Assembly (NCBI GenBank): GCA_036338595.1
Contig: JAYZBV010000113.1
Location: 32,001 to 96,000, forward strand
Length of the DNA stretch: 64,000 nt
Reading direction: 5' to 3'
Source of the DNA: Planctomycetota bacterium
GTDB taxonomy: Bacteria; Planctomycetota; UBA8108; UBA1146
The notes under the pieces were generated by a model. The model did no database searches. It had not been told where the DNA came from and was given only the letters and a program-made list of their open reading frames with translations. Position numbers and translations under genes: made by a program. Numbering within the stretch: position 1 is the first letter of the stretch; each line of letters opens with the position of its first letter. Shown one piece after another: positions 1 through 9,331 of the stretch.

Positions 1-2
1 AT

Positions 3-278
3 GCGGCTTCGACTCCGGCAGTGTTCATTCGAGGAGATGCGAATCACGATGGAGTTGTCGATCTCTCGGATGGGATCGAATCTTTACTGGTGATCTTTGG
101 GATCACGAGCAGTTCCTGCCTGGAAGCTCTCGATGTCGATGACGATGGTCGACTGACTCTGTCGGATCCGATCAGGATCTTTGACCATGTGTTCGGGGAG
201 GGGCCTGCTCCCGGGACGCCGTATCCCGAATACGGTCCAGATCCGACTCCGGCGGATGGCTTTCCCTGTACTCCCTGA
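3..278 (+). CDS. C-terminal end of a protein with a planctomycete-type dockerin-like (twin EF-hand-like) domain; 5' end lies outside the window
   Basis: Frame is open from the window edge. FIRGDANHDGVVDLSD...C...DVDDDGRLTLSDPI...F..G..P..P....GPDPT pattern matches the tails at 46296 and 63288. Confidence 0.8.
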   Translation, partial: AASTPAVFIRGDANHDGVVDLSDGIESLLVIFGITSSSCLEALDVDDDGRLTLSDPIRIFDHVFGEGPAPGTPYPEYGPDPTPADGFPCTP

Positions 279-524
279 GGGGTTCTGGCACCATGTTGGC
301 GAGCGGGGTTGCATTCGGATGGCCGTCCATGTCATGATGGGTGGGTCCTGTTCCTCTCCGGGGGAACTTCACGACGATCCTCAATCGGGGATCGTAATGG
401 CGCCCTGTAATCCATCTCCTGAGAGGGATGAATAGTAGGACGCATTTCTACAGATGAACTGACCTCTCGCTCCTCATGTCAGGAACAGTGGAGAGTCGGT
501 ACCCCGAATCGAAGGGGGATATGA

Positions 525-1313
525 ATGGATAGCAAGGTCGATCCGGAGCACCAGATCGCCGTTTTCGTGGACCTTGACAACATCGCTATTGGAGTCAAGG
601 AAGCCAAACTCACCAGCCTGGACATCAAGAGAGTGCTCGACCGACTGGTCGAGAAGGGGAAGATCACGGTCAAGAAGGCCTATGCAGACTGGTCCAACTG
701 GACCCAGTACAAGCGTCCTTTTCACGAGTGTGCCATCGAAATGATCGACATTCCTCAAAGAAAGATGTCCGGAAAGAACAGTGCAGATATCAAGATGGTT
801 GTCGATGCACTGGAGCTTTCTTACTCGAAGCCCCATGTCGACACCTTTGCTCTGATATCCGGAGACAGCGACTTTTCGCCACTGGTATCCCAACTGCGCG
901 AGAATAACAAGAAGATCATCGGGTTGGGAGTGAAGCACTCCTCGAGCAATTTGCTCATCGACAATTGCGATGAGTTCATCTTCTATGAGGATCTGGTCAG
1001 GACCAGAAAGAAGCGCTCTCGAAAGACAACCAAGAAGGTGTCCAGGAAATTGTCCAAGGACCAGGTTGCGGCCTTCTCGCTGCTAATCAGTTCCATCGCC
1101 GCGTTGCAGCGCGAGAACTATGAACTGATCTGGGCGTCGATGGTCAAGCAGACGATGAAGAGAAAGCAGCCAACGTTCAGCGAGGAATATCACGGATACA
1201 CTCACTTTTCAAAGCTGTTGGTGGATGCAGAGAAGGAGAAGTTGATCAAGGTGCACAAGGATCAGAGAAGTGGCACCTACATCATCGATGAGTTGTTAGA
1301 GGACTACATCTAG
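525..1313 (+). CDS. NYN-domain (LabA/DUF88, PIN-fold) protein with C-terminal OST-HTH/LOTUS domain
   Basis: AVFVDLDN, KKAYADW, GKNSADIKMVVDA, LISGDSDFSPLV and CDEFIFYE motifs; C-terminal VKQTMKRKQPTFSEEYHGYTHFSKLL. Confidence 0.9.
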   Translation: MDSKVDPEHQIAVFVDLDNIAIGVKEAKLTSLDIKRVLDRLVEKGKITVKKAYADWSNWTQYKRPFHECAIEMIDIPQRKMSGKNSADIKMVVDALELSYSKPHVDTFALISGDSDFSPLVSQLRENNKKIIGLGVKHSSSNLLIDNCDEFIFYEDLVRTRKKRSRKTTKKVSRKLSKDQVAAFSLLISSIAALQRENYELIWASMVKQTMKRKQPTFSEEYHGYTHFSKLLVDAEKEKLIKVHKDQRSGTYIIDELLEDYI

Positions 1314-2134
1314 CACCGATCAGGAAGGTCCTCTGCCTGGCAGGGGACCTTCATCGTCTTTCCTGATCCCAGTGCGAATGCGATCAACTCGCCGCCATAT
1401 ACACACCCCGCATCGATGCTGATGTGTTGGCGATGTCGGTGCAATCCGAGAGAGGCCCAGTGCCCGGAGACGGTCGATTGGTCTTCCGTCTTGCGACCAG
1501 TCACCTGGAACCAGGGAGTCACCTCCGGCGGGAAGGAGGCGGGAGGGCCGGTCAGCCCATCCGCCAGTGAACCATCGGCATGGACACCTCTCATCCGGGT
1601 CAGTACCGCTGCTGTGAAACTTTCACGGCAGGAATCATCCTGGTACCAGGTCCAGTCAGCGGATTGAATCGCGAGTGACAGGTGCTCGGCGCGTTCGACC
1701 AGCTCGGACACGCTCCAGTCGGGATGGATGCCAGCGTGGGTGATGATGTGGTTGCGGGTATTGTCGCTTCTCTCGAGGCTGACCAGCGGTCTGCTGGCCA
1801 GCCAATCGGGCCAGTTCCATGGCAGCGTGTCGGCGAGTGCCTCTTCGAGCCCATCGCTGGCACGAGCGACCGACTGATCATGATATCGAGCCAGAAGATG
1901 CAGATCGTGGTTGCCCAGGATCACCTTCGCACAATCACCGAGTGCGTGTACCGATTCCAGGACAGCAAGACTGTCTCGCCCTTTACCGACGAGATCTCCG
2001 AGAAAAAGGAATCGAGCACTTTCTGATTCCCGTCGCAGATTCTCCAGCATCAATTGCAAGGTCCGATGGCAGCCATGAACATCTCCGATGACCCAGGTCT
2101 CGGTGAACTCTGGATCTGACGGTGAGTCACTCAA
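1310..2134 (-). CDS. apaH: symmetrical bis(5'-nucleosyl)-tetraphosphatase (Ap4A hydrolase)
   Basis: IGDVHGC, LGDLVGKG, LGNHDLHLL, HAGI, LTRMR, GHWASLG and DAGCVYGG motifs. Start set at TTG 2134 after GGAGG; the longer ORF would run through a tRNA. Confidence 0.88.
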   Translation of the reverse strand: MSDSPSDPEFTETWVIGDVHGCHRTLQLMLENLRRESESARFLFLGDLVGKGRDSLAVLESVHALGDCAKVILGNHDLHLLARYHDQSVARASDGLEEALADTLPWNWPDWLASRPLVSLERSDNTRNHIITHAGIHPDWSVSELVERAEHLSLAIQSADWTWYQDDSCRESFTAAVLTRMRGVHADGSLADGLTGPPASFPPEVTPWFQVTGRKTEDQSTVSGHWASLGLHRHRQHISIDAGCVYGGELIAFALGSGKTMKVPCQAEDLPDRC

Positions 2135-2240
2135 TGCGCCTCCAATGTCGACGTTGGCACCAGTGCTGGCAGCCAACCGGACAGGGTATTTGAACTCGTG
2201 AAGTCGCCTGGAAACAGTGGGGTACCCCCAGGCCACCGAG

Positions 2241-2277
2241 AAAAAGACAAGCACCGGGAGTGGTCGCTCCCGGTGCT
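2241..2277 (-). terminator. intrinsic terminator downstream of tRNA-Arg
   Basis: 11-bp stem AGCACCGGGAG/CTCCCGGTGCT (2250-2277), followed on the minus strand by TGTCTTTTT. Confidence 0.65.
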
Positions 2278-2285
2278 GATTCGAA

Positions 2286-2358
2286 TGACCCTGGCACGAT
2301 TCGAACGTGCGACACCCGGCTTCGGAGGCCGGTGCTCTATCCACTGAGCTACAGGGCC
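2286..2358 (-). tRNA. tRNA-Arg(CCG), CCA not encoded
   Basis: GGCCCTG acceptor stem, TAGCTCAGTGGATAGAGC D-arm, CCGGC-CT-CCG-AA-GCCGG anticodon arm, GTTCGAATC T-loop. Confidence 0.95.
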
Positions 2359-2484
2359 CTGGTGCATGAGGATCGGGTGTCAGAGGCAGAGCGCCCTGCA
2401 TCCCGACCAGTTTTCTAGCAGAAACGGTCACTGGAATCCACACGCACTGGTTCCACGACGAAAGTTCCTGCACAATCTTCACCC

Positions 2485-4092
2485 ATGGCTTCCCTCCCTT
2501 CCTCCATCCGGTTGTTTCTGGGACTGGCTGGCGCGATGGTGATGGGCCCCTGGTTTCTACGAGACTCCGGCAGTTCAGATTTACTGGTTGTCACGGTGAG
2601 TATCGGAGCACTCACAGTGGTCTCGCTCATCGACAGTATCGTTAGAATCCGCATCGGACGTTGGCGCGGAGCCGTGCCAGGCTTGCTGGTCTTTGGCCTG
2701 TGCATCGGAGCACTCACCTCCTCACGTGAAGTATTGATCATCCTGGCCTCTGTTCTTGCAGTTGGCTTCTCGATGCTCGAGGGGCTCTCCTATCTGCTCG
2801 ATCGGCTTCGACGCGGAGGAGTTGCGGTGATCCTGGGCTTCCTCATCGCTCCGGTACTGGTCGGATCCATATTGCTGATGCTTCCTCGATGTCAGGCCGG
2901 CGACGATCCTTTGACCTATTCCGATTCCCTGTTCACGGCGGTCAGTGCCGTGACAGTCACCGGTCTCACCGTCATCGATGTCGGTTCTCGCTTTTCACCT
3001 GAGGGGCACTGGGTACTGCTGGTGTTGATCCAACTGGGCGGACTGGGAGTCGTGAGTTTGTTCGCGATCTTTGCCCTGGTGCTGGGCAATGGACTGGGCA
3101 TCCGGCAAGGGCGAGCATTGCGCGACGCCCTGGATGGGATGGGTGGCGGTGAACTCCGAGGACTCTTGAGAATCATCGTGGTCTCGACTCTCGCCATCGA
3201 ATTGATCGGAGCACTGCTTCTACGACTTACGGGAGATTCCAGCGCATCCTTTGTCAGTTCGTTGTTTCATTCGGTCAGTGCCTTTTGCAATGCTGGATTT
3301 TCTCTTCATGAGAACTCCTTGCAGGGTTGGGGTGTCAGTTCGCAGGGCGTGATGGCGATCTTGATCTTGCTGGGAGGAATCGGTTTTCCGGTCCTGCTCG
3401 ATCTCTGGCGAAGATATGGCAGGCGTGAGACCTTGCGCTTGCAACTTCAGTCCAGATTGAACCTTTCGGTCAGTGTTCTGCTTCTCCTGGGAGGCACCTT
3501 TCTGCTTTATGTCACCGGAGCTGGAGCAGATTGCTGGTTCTGGTCAGTGACCGCAAGGACCGCCGGTTTCAACACCTCCTCCACGGGAATGTTGCCTCTG
3601 TCGAGTACCTTGATCTTGATGTTTCTGATGTATATCGGTGCTTCGCCTGGCTCCACCGGAGGTGGATTGAAGACATCGACCCTGGGAGTACTGTTCCTGG
3701 CGACCCGCGCCGAGGTACAGGGTTCGGGACAGGTGGTTGCCTGGAAACGTCTGATTCCAGATACAGTGATTCGTACTGCAGCGGTACTGACTCTCGTCGG
3801 CACGATGATGTGGTTGGTTCTGGTACTCTGCCTGCTCAGTGTGGAATCAACGGGTGGCACAGCGGCTGAATTTGGATTCATCGATTACGCCTTTGAAGTG
3901 ACGAGTGCGCTGGCAACGGTCGGTTTATCAAGAGGCTTGACTCCAGATGTCGGCGAATTGGGAAGAGTCATACTGGAGGTGGCGATGATCTTTGGCAGGC
4001 TTGGCCCCCTGGCACTGGTACTTGCAATGGCTTCCATTTCGCCGGTGGCAAGCAGGGGAGAACGTCCCACGGGGCGGGTCATGCTCGGCTAA
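2485..4092 (+). CDS. KtrB/TrkH-family potassium uptake membrane protein with extra N-terminal TM segments
   Basis: Four selectivity-filter motifs TVTGL, CNAGF, RTAGF and ATVGL; GASPGSTGGGLKT; GRLGPL. Confidence 0.9.
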   Translation: MASLPSSIRLFLGLAGAMVMGPWFLRDSGSSDLLVVTVSIGALTVVSLIDSIVRIRIGRWRGAVPGLLVFGLCIGALTSSREVLIILASVLAVGFSMLEGLSYLLDRLRRGGVAVILGFLIAPVLVGSILLMLPRCQAGDDPLTYSDSLFTAVSAVTVTGLTVIDVGSRFSPEGHWVLLVLIQLGGLGVVSLFAIFALVLGNGLGIRQGRALRDALDGMGGGELRGLLRIIVVSTLAIELIGALLLRLTGDSSASFVSSLFHSVSAFCNAGFSLHENSLQGWGVSSQGVMAILILLGGIGFPVLLDLWRRYGRRETLRLQLQSRLNLSVSVLLLLGGTFLLYVTGAGADCWFWSVTARTAGFNTSSTGMLPLSSTLILMFLMYIGASPGSTGGGLKTSTLGVLFLATRAEVQGSGQVVAWKRLIPDTVIRTAAVLTLVGTMMWLVLVLCLLSVESTGGTAAEFGFIDYAFEVTSALATVGLSRGLTPDVGELGRVILEVAMIFGRLGPLALVLAMASISPVASRGERPTGRVMLG

Positions 4093-4109
4093 GATGGCAT
4101 CAGGGCCGG

Positions 4110-4769
4110 TCAGGAACGGCTACCCAGTTGTTCAAGACGGTCCTTTGAACCGAGCAGGTACACCTGGTCAGTGGCCTCAAATGGCTTTTCAAGAGCAGGT
4201 GAGAAATCGGCGACGGAGTCACCTTCTCGGCAGACGCAGATGATATTCACCGCATGGTTTTGACGAATCCCGATGTCGGCGATGCTTCTACCCACCCAGG
4301 GTTCGGGAACCGTTACCTTCACGATGGCTTGATCTGCTGCCAGCGGTACGGAATCGACAGAATTGGGGACGGTCAACCTGAGGGCCATGTGCTCCGCTGC
4401 TTTTTGCTCCGGTGAAAATTGCTCCGTGGCTCCCAGTTTTTCGAGGATATAGCTGGCGGTGTCGCCGTGGCTTCGCACGAAGATCTCCTGAATACCCAGA
4501 TCCTTTGCAATCGTGGTCAAGAGAATGCCAGGCAGAGGTGTTTCTCCGATGCAGACCACCAGCACCTCGACACCTTCCAGATGGTCGCGGACAGCCTCCT
4601 CGTCCAGAATATCAAGGGTCATGGCATCGTCGCAATACTCGGAGACCTCCTGGATTTTTCGAGAATTCTTATCAATGGCGAGAACCTCGACCTTTCGATG
4701 GGCAAGATCGCGAACCAGTGATGACCCGAACTGTCCCAGTCCTATTACAGCGATCCGTTTATTTTTCAT
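4110..4769 (-). CDS. KtrA/TrkA-family RCK potassium uptake regulator
   Basis: IAVIGLGQFG Rossmann motif, LEKLGA, and a C-terminal TrkA-C-like region (GRSIADIGIR...NII). Confidence 0.9.
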   Translation of the reverse strand: MKNKRIAVIGLGQFGSSLVRDLAHRKVEVLAIDKNSRKIQEVSEYCDDAMTLDILDEEAVRDHLEGVEVLVVCIGETPLPGILLTTIAKDLGIQEIFVRSHGDTASYILEKLGATEQFSPEQKAAEHMALRLTVPNSVDSVPLAADQAIVKVTVPEPWVGRSIADIGIRQNHAVNIICVCREGDSVADFSPALEKPFEATDQVYLLGSKDRLEQLGSRS

Positions 4770-4784
4770 CCGTGGCTCCCTAGT

Positions 4785-5747
4785 TCAAAACCCAGTGCTC
4801 TTGACGATGTCCAGCTTCAAGAGGCGCAGTTCGCGGCTGATCTGAAGGTATCGTGTTCTGGATCGATATACCTGTGTTCCGTATGCATCGAGCCAGGATT
4901 GCCAGTTGTCTATCTCCTCGAGGATCTGGGGCCGCTGCTCGGTTGGCAATCCATCGCGAAGTAGCTGCCGGATCGACTTCTTCCAGCGAGTCAACTGGAG
5001 AGGCGTTTTGCCACCAGCACTGGCAACGACTTCACCACTGATCTCACCTGGCTTACTTCGGAGTAACAGTTCGAGTGGCCTGGCTCTGGCAGCAGGAAGC
5101 AAGTGGAGCAGCACCTCGGGGCCTCCATGCTGCAACCAGTGCCGCCATCGCGTGTCATCGATCGATTCGTTGCGGGAAAGGGCATCGAGGATGTCAAGAG
5201 TATCGGCGATGCCGCCACCCACGAGCAACGGGGTATCGACATCGTCGGGTGTGACACGGGTGGCGAGGATTTCAGATGCAGGAATCCGGACCACAGGACC
5301 ATCGGGCAAAACCACTTCGGCAAAACCCGATCGAAATCGCAGTGACCTGTGAGCGAGTAAGGAATCCCCTTTCAGACGAAGAAACCGGATCGGCTGCATC
5401 GAGGGAGTACGGTGATCCTTCAACTGCAGCAATTCACGCTGACAGATCACTTCGATGCGGAGACTCTCTTCTTGCTCGGTTCGAGGTCTCGGATCATCGA
5501 TCTCGAGGGAAGGATCGACCTGCGACCACGATTTCAGCTGTGCCGATAACTGTTGAATCTGGTCATCGGTCCATGCAGGAGCCATCGGATCCTCCTGTAC
5601 CGATACCGATTGGGATCCTGGTAAGGGATCGGTGCTCTCATTCCCCTCACCGGTCGTTGTGAACACGACCTCGGGGGGGCGGCCATGGAGAGCCTGTAGA
5701 AGTACCAGGGTCGCCAACAGGGCGCAGATGGTCAGCAGTCTTGTCAT
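4785..5747 (-). CDS. hypothetical exported protein
   Basis: N-terminal hydrophobic segment; ATGA overlap with the upstream GH113 gene. Confidence 0.7.
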   Translation of the reverse strand: MTRLLTICALLATLVLLQALHGRPPEVVFTTTGEGNESTDPLPGSQSVSVQEDPMAPAWTDDQIQQLSAQLKSWSQVDPSLEIDDPRPRTEQEESLRIEVICQRELLQLKDHRTPSMQPIRFLRLKGDSLLAHRSLRFRSGFAEVVLPDGPVVRIPASEILATRVTPDDVDTPLLVGGGIADTLDILDALSRNESIDDTRWRHWLQHGGPEVLLHLLPAARARPLELLLRSKPGEISGEVVASAGGKTPLQLTRWKKSIRQLLRDGLPTEQRPQILEEIDNWQSWLDAYGTQVYRSRTRYLQISRELRLLKLDIVKSTGF

Positions 5748-6823
5748 CGGTCGACCTGGCTTCCTCTCTGGAAGAAATCGTGGATCAACGTCTGAGCCGG
5801 TTTCCCCGCTGGAGTGTAACTCCGGTCATGCTCGCCGCCATCTTCATGCAGGGCGTAAAAGAAGGTCCCCGCAACAACAGGATCGCTGGAAAAGGTATCG
5901 ATGAAGGCCTGGTACCCGCGCGTCTGCATCGCGAGATCCACACCGTAATCTGAAACATGGTCCCAGGGGCGCTCGAGGCCGTGTGTGTGAGAAGGGTAGC
6001 CCAGCTCGCTGAAAAATATGGGGATCCCCGATAACCGGGTCCACCCATGAATCTGTCCTCGCACCGGTAGCCAGCGCGCGATCAGAGCCTCTCTGTGTAT
6101 TTCCGATCCGTCGCTCAGAGGTATGTAGCCATTGATACCGAGGGCGTCGAGATGCCTCGCAAAGGCAATCTGCTGCCAATCGTCCCAGTTCGCAGAGTAA
6201 CTGATCCAACCGGAGAAGATCTTGCGCACCTCATCGACGGTATGCTGCCACTGCATCGTGTGGCTCTGGAGTGAGGAGAGTTCACTGCCGACGAAGAGCA
6301 GATCAGCACCCGCGCGTTCAGAGAGGGCAGCGATGTTGCCGATCCACTGGCGATAGTACCTGAACCACCTCGCCAGATTCTGAGGATCGAGTTGGCCTCT
6401 CCAGTGCGGATCGGTCGGATCCTGAATCAGTAAGAGTGGGTGGATGGCGACCTTGAAGCCGAGCGCTTTTGCCGACAGGATCGCTCCTGAAATCTTTTCG
6501 TTGGATGGGGCGCGCCTGTCTGCGATCGGGAAACTGGCCGTGTCAAATCGCCGCTGGTAGGTGGGGAACGCGATCTGAATCCAGGTCGCGCCCATATCGG
6601 CGGCTATCTGTAAATTGTCAGGAAATCGAGCGGGAGGATCCTCACCCATCAACAAGATGGTGATGCCCTCGGGATGGGGCCAGGGATGTGTGTGCTGCTG
6701 ATCTGGAGCCGATGCGTGGCTCGACTTCATCAGATCACGAGGGGCCAGCGGAGAGACGATCAGGAGAATCAGCACGGGTGCCAGGGCCAGAAGTAATCTC
6801 GTCTGCACGAAAAATTCTCCCAT
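5744..6823 (-). CDS. glycoside hydrolase family 113-like TIM-barrel protein
   Basis: HWRGQL, WFRYY, VGSEL, SYSANWD, GINGYIPL and FSELGY motifs; N-terminal TM/signal; start uncertain (6808-6883). Confidence 0.8.
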   Translation of the reverse strand: MGEFFVQTRLLLALAPVLILLIVSPLAPRDLMKSSHASAPDQQHTHPWPHPEGITILLMGEDPPARFPDNLQIAADMGATWIQIAFPTYQRRFDTASFPIADRRAPSNEKISGAILSAKALGFKVAIHPLLLIQDPTDPHWRGQLDPQNLARWFRYYRQWIGNIAALSERAGADLLFVGSELSSLQSHTMQWQHTVDEVRKIFSGWISYSANWDDWQQIAFARHLDALGINGYIPLSDGSEIHREALIARWLPVRGQIHGWTRLSGIPIFFSELGYPSHTHGLERPWDHVSDYGVDLAMQTRGYQAFIDTFSSDPVVAGTFFYALHEDGGEHDRSYTPAGKPAQTLIHDFFQRGSQVDR

Positions 6824-7036
6824 TCCACTCGAGTCCACCGCCTCGCAGTTCGATCCGGGGGATGGACAGCAGCAGATCTCCAAGCCAGAAACAGGGCACG
6901 ATGACAGCGCCGTCGCTTCTCGGAGGAGAGATTCTGGTATCCAACGACCGGATCCAGGGTACAGATCGACGACTCCGTGGCCAGTGCTCTTCTGTCGTCA
7001 GGGTGGTGTGGATGGCCTGGAACTGGAAGGCATAAG

Positions 7037-8737
7037 ATGTACAAGACTGGACCCGTGGGCTTTCTGCCTCGTCACTTCATGGTGATCATGCTGCTCTTCT
7101 GTCTTCCAACCCTCTGCGATGCCCAGGGGCTAGAACAGTTGAAGGAAAAGTTCATCCAGGAGAGATCTCTGGATGTGATCGATCGAATCTCCACGATCCA
7201 GCAGATCGGAGAGATGGAAGGCCTGGAAGCCTCGGAGTTCCTGGCAAAGATCATCCGGGATCGGACAGAAGAAACCTCGGTCATCGAATCCTGCGTACGA
7301 CTCGTCGCATTACATGGTCACTCCGTGGGCCTCGAGGCGGTCGTTGAACAGGGGTTTCTGATCCTTCCGCTCCGTTCGTACTGGGTGATCAGGGACTGCT
7401 GGGATCGGGACCTGACCGCGGGTGAGCAGCAGTACCTCGCCCAGAAAGGATTGCTGAAGGTGCCCGGTCTCAAGGTGGAAGCACAGAACATTGTGCTCAC
7501 TCTTGCGGCGAGGGTGACCAGTTCAACTGCTGGCGAATCCGCCGCCAAACTGCTCGGCAATCGTAAGATCCCGGCACATAACCAGGCTCTCATCGTTGAT
7601 CTGCTCCGAATCCACTCGGTGACATCGGTCAACAAGAAGCTCGGCAAGTTGTTTCGGGTCAATGATGCCAAGCTGCAATGCGCTGTGCTCAAGGCGTTGC
7701 AGCAGCTGGAAGCGGAAGATCAGAGCCGCACCTTCCACAGGGCACTCAAGAGCCAGTTCTGGACGGTACGAGCCTGTGCCGTGGACATCTTCGGTGACAC
7801 TCATGATCCAGAGGTGGTCAAGGTGTTGCTGCCAATGCTCAAGGACTCGTTCGTCGAGGTTCAGGTCTCGGCAGTTCAAGCACTGCGAAAGATCGGCGGA
7901 AAGGAAGTCGTCTCTGCCCTCGTCAAACAGATCTCGAAGCAAGAGGGAAGGGTACTGGATGATATCTGCGATACGTTGATCTGGCTGACCGGTCAGGATT
8001 TCGGTCCCAGTAATGTTTCCTGGACGTCGTGGTGGGATCGAGAGGGGGAGGATGCAGAGATCCGTGGCATCTCCCGCGAGGAGTACGAGCGTATTCGAGC
8101 GGAAGCTTCCGACAGCACCACCGGTACTTACTATGGCCTCCGTGTCATCAGCCGGTTCGTGACCTTCATCGTCGATATCTCTGGAAGCATGGAAGAGCCA
8201 TACGAGGTAGACACCCGGAAGTTGCCGGGCGGGAGAATAGGCAGAAGTGGAACTGGTGTCGATGCGGATGCGGAAGGTGGGGGTAACAAGCGGGAGAAAC
8301 TGGCAAAGATCGAGGTGGCACGCCGGGAGTTGCTGAGGGTCCTCGATGGGATTCCAAAAGGAACACAGTTCAACATCATCGCCTTCGAGAGTACCTTCAC
8401 ACCCTGGAGACCAGCGCTGGTCGAGATGGATGACATGATCCGCAGCGACGCCATGGATTATGTAAGAAATCTGGGGCCACGGGGTATGACCAATGTCTAT
8501 GACACATTGATCTCGGCGCTGGACGATCCCGAAGTCAATACCATTTACTTCCTCAGTGATGGTTCGCCTACCATGGGCAAGATCGTCGAACCCGGAGGGA
8601 TTCTGGCAGCGGTTCGAGCTCGTAATGCTGCCCGTAAGGTCAAAATCCATACCATCGGATTTCATCTGGATCCGAAGGCATCGAGTTTGATGCGGTTACT
8701 TGCAGAAGAAAACCACGGCACCTTCGTCGAGAGATGA
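7037..8737 (+). CDS. exported HEAT-repeat + von Willebrand A domain protein
   Basis: Signal peptide, HEAT-like repeats (WTVRACAVDIFG; VQVSAVQALRKIG), LTGQDFG..WTSWW linker, MIDAS DISGSM, TNVYD, IYFLSDGSP. Confidence 0.85.
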   Translation: MYKTGPVGFLPRHFMVIMLLFCLPTLCDAQGLEQLKEKFIQERSLDVIDRISTIQQIGEMEGLEASEFLAKIIRDRTEETSVIESCVRLVALHGHSVGLEAVVEQGFLILPLRSYWVIRDCWDRDLTAGEQQYLAQKGLLKVPGLKVEAQNIVLTLAARVTSSTAGESAAKLLGNRKIPAHNQALIVDLLRIHSVTSVNKKLGKLFRVNDAKLQCAVLKALQQLEAEDQSRTFHRALKSQFWTVRACAVDIFGDTHDPEVVKVLLPMLKDSFVEVQVSAVQALRKIGGKEVVSALVKQISKQEGRVLDDICDTLIWLTGQDFGPSNVSWTSWWDREGEDAEIRGISREEYERIRAEASDSTTGTYYGLRVISRFVTFIVDISGSMEEPYEVDTRKLPGGRIGRSGTGVDADAEGGGNKREKLAKIEVARRELLRVLDGIPKGTQFNIIAFESTFTPWRPALVEMDDMIRSDAMDYVRNLGPRGMTNVYDTLISALDDPEVNTIYFLSDGSPTMGKIVEPGGILAAVRARNAARKVKIHTIGFHLDPKASSLMRLLAEENHGTFVER

Positions 8738-8757
8738 GCGGAGGTTCTGGCGTCGGC

Positions 8758-9219
8758 CTAGAAGTAAACCTCGCTACGACACTTCTCATATCGTGCGGCG
8801 AAAACGATGGTGATCAGAAACATCAGCATGGTTCCACCCAGCAACGAGTAGTTCATCGCAGCACCCAGTGCTTCTGGGCTTCCTGCCGAGTTCAACTGGG
8901 TGAGATAATACATTCCTATGCCGAGGAACAGGAACCCGGGGATGGTGGCAGAGATGAAGGCCTTCTTCTCGCTCGCCTTGGCCATGCCAATCCTGGCCAC
9001 TTCACTGGCGTCTGGAATCTGGCCGCTGTGCATGCACACGGGACACGAGGCTGTAGCCGATGAAGTTGCGGGCAAGAATATGAAGTCAGAGTAGCATTCA
9101 CTGCAAACGACAGGAATTCCGCCCGATGCTGGAGGTGCACTGGCAAGTCTCGGAGTGCTCCTCTTGCTGGAACCGCCTCGTCGAGATTTCCTTGCTGCGG
9201 GTTTTTTTCTCTTGGCCAT
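8758..9219 (-). CDS. small membrane protein with basic N-terminus, zinc ribbon and two TM helices
   Basis: CSEC...CPVC, two hydrophobic segments, AGAGGA RBS before the ATG. Confidence 0.7.
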   Translation of the reverse strand: MAKRKKPAARKSRRGGSSKRSTPRLASAPPASGGIPVVCSECYSDFIFLPATSSATASCPVCMHSGQIPDASEVARIGMAKASEKKAFISATIPGFLFLGIGMYYLTQLNSAGSPEALGAAMNYSLLGGTMLMFLITIVFAARYEKCRSEVYF

Positions 9220-9331
9220 CGGATCCTCTCGGGGTCAGTCAGGGATGTAAAATCCTAGCAAGAGAAGATGTGGGGTCAAGGGCACGAAGAGGCCAGTTTG
9301 AGGTGCCGGAGACCGATTCGTCCCGTTCCGC

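Noticed and set aside
2135..2482. N-terminal extension of apaH
   Set aside because: Overlaps tRNA-Arg and its terminator
7523..8665. long antisense ORFs (also 13794..14624, 17292..18188, 27786..28775, 52081..53049)
   Set aside because: Shadow frames of well-supported genes on the opposite strand in GC-rich DNA
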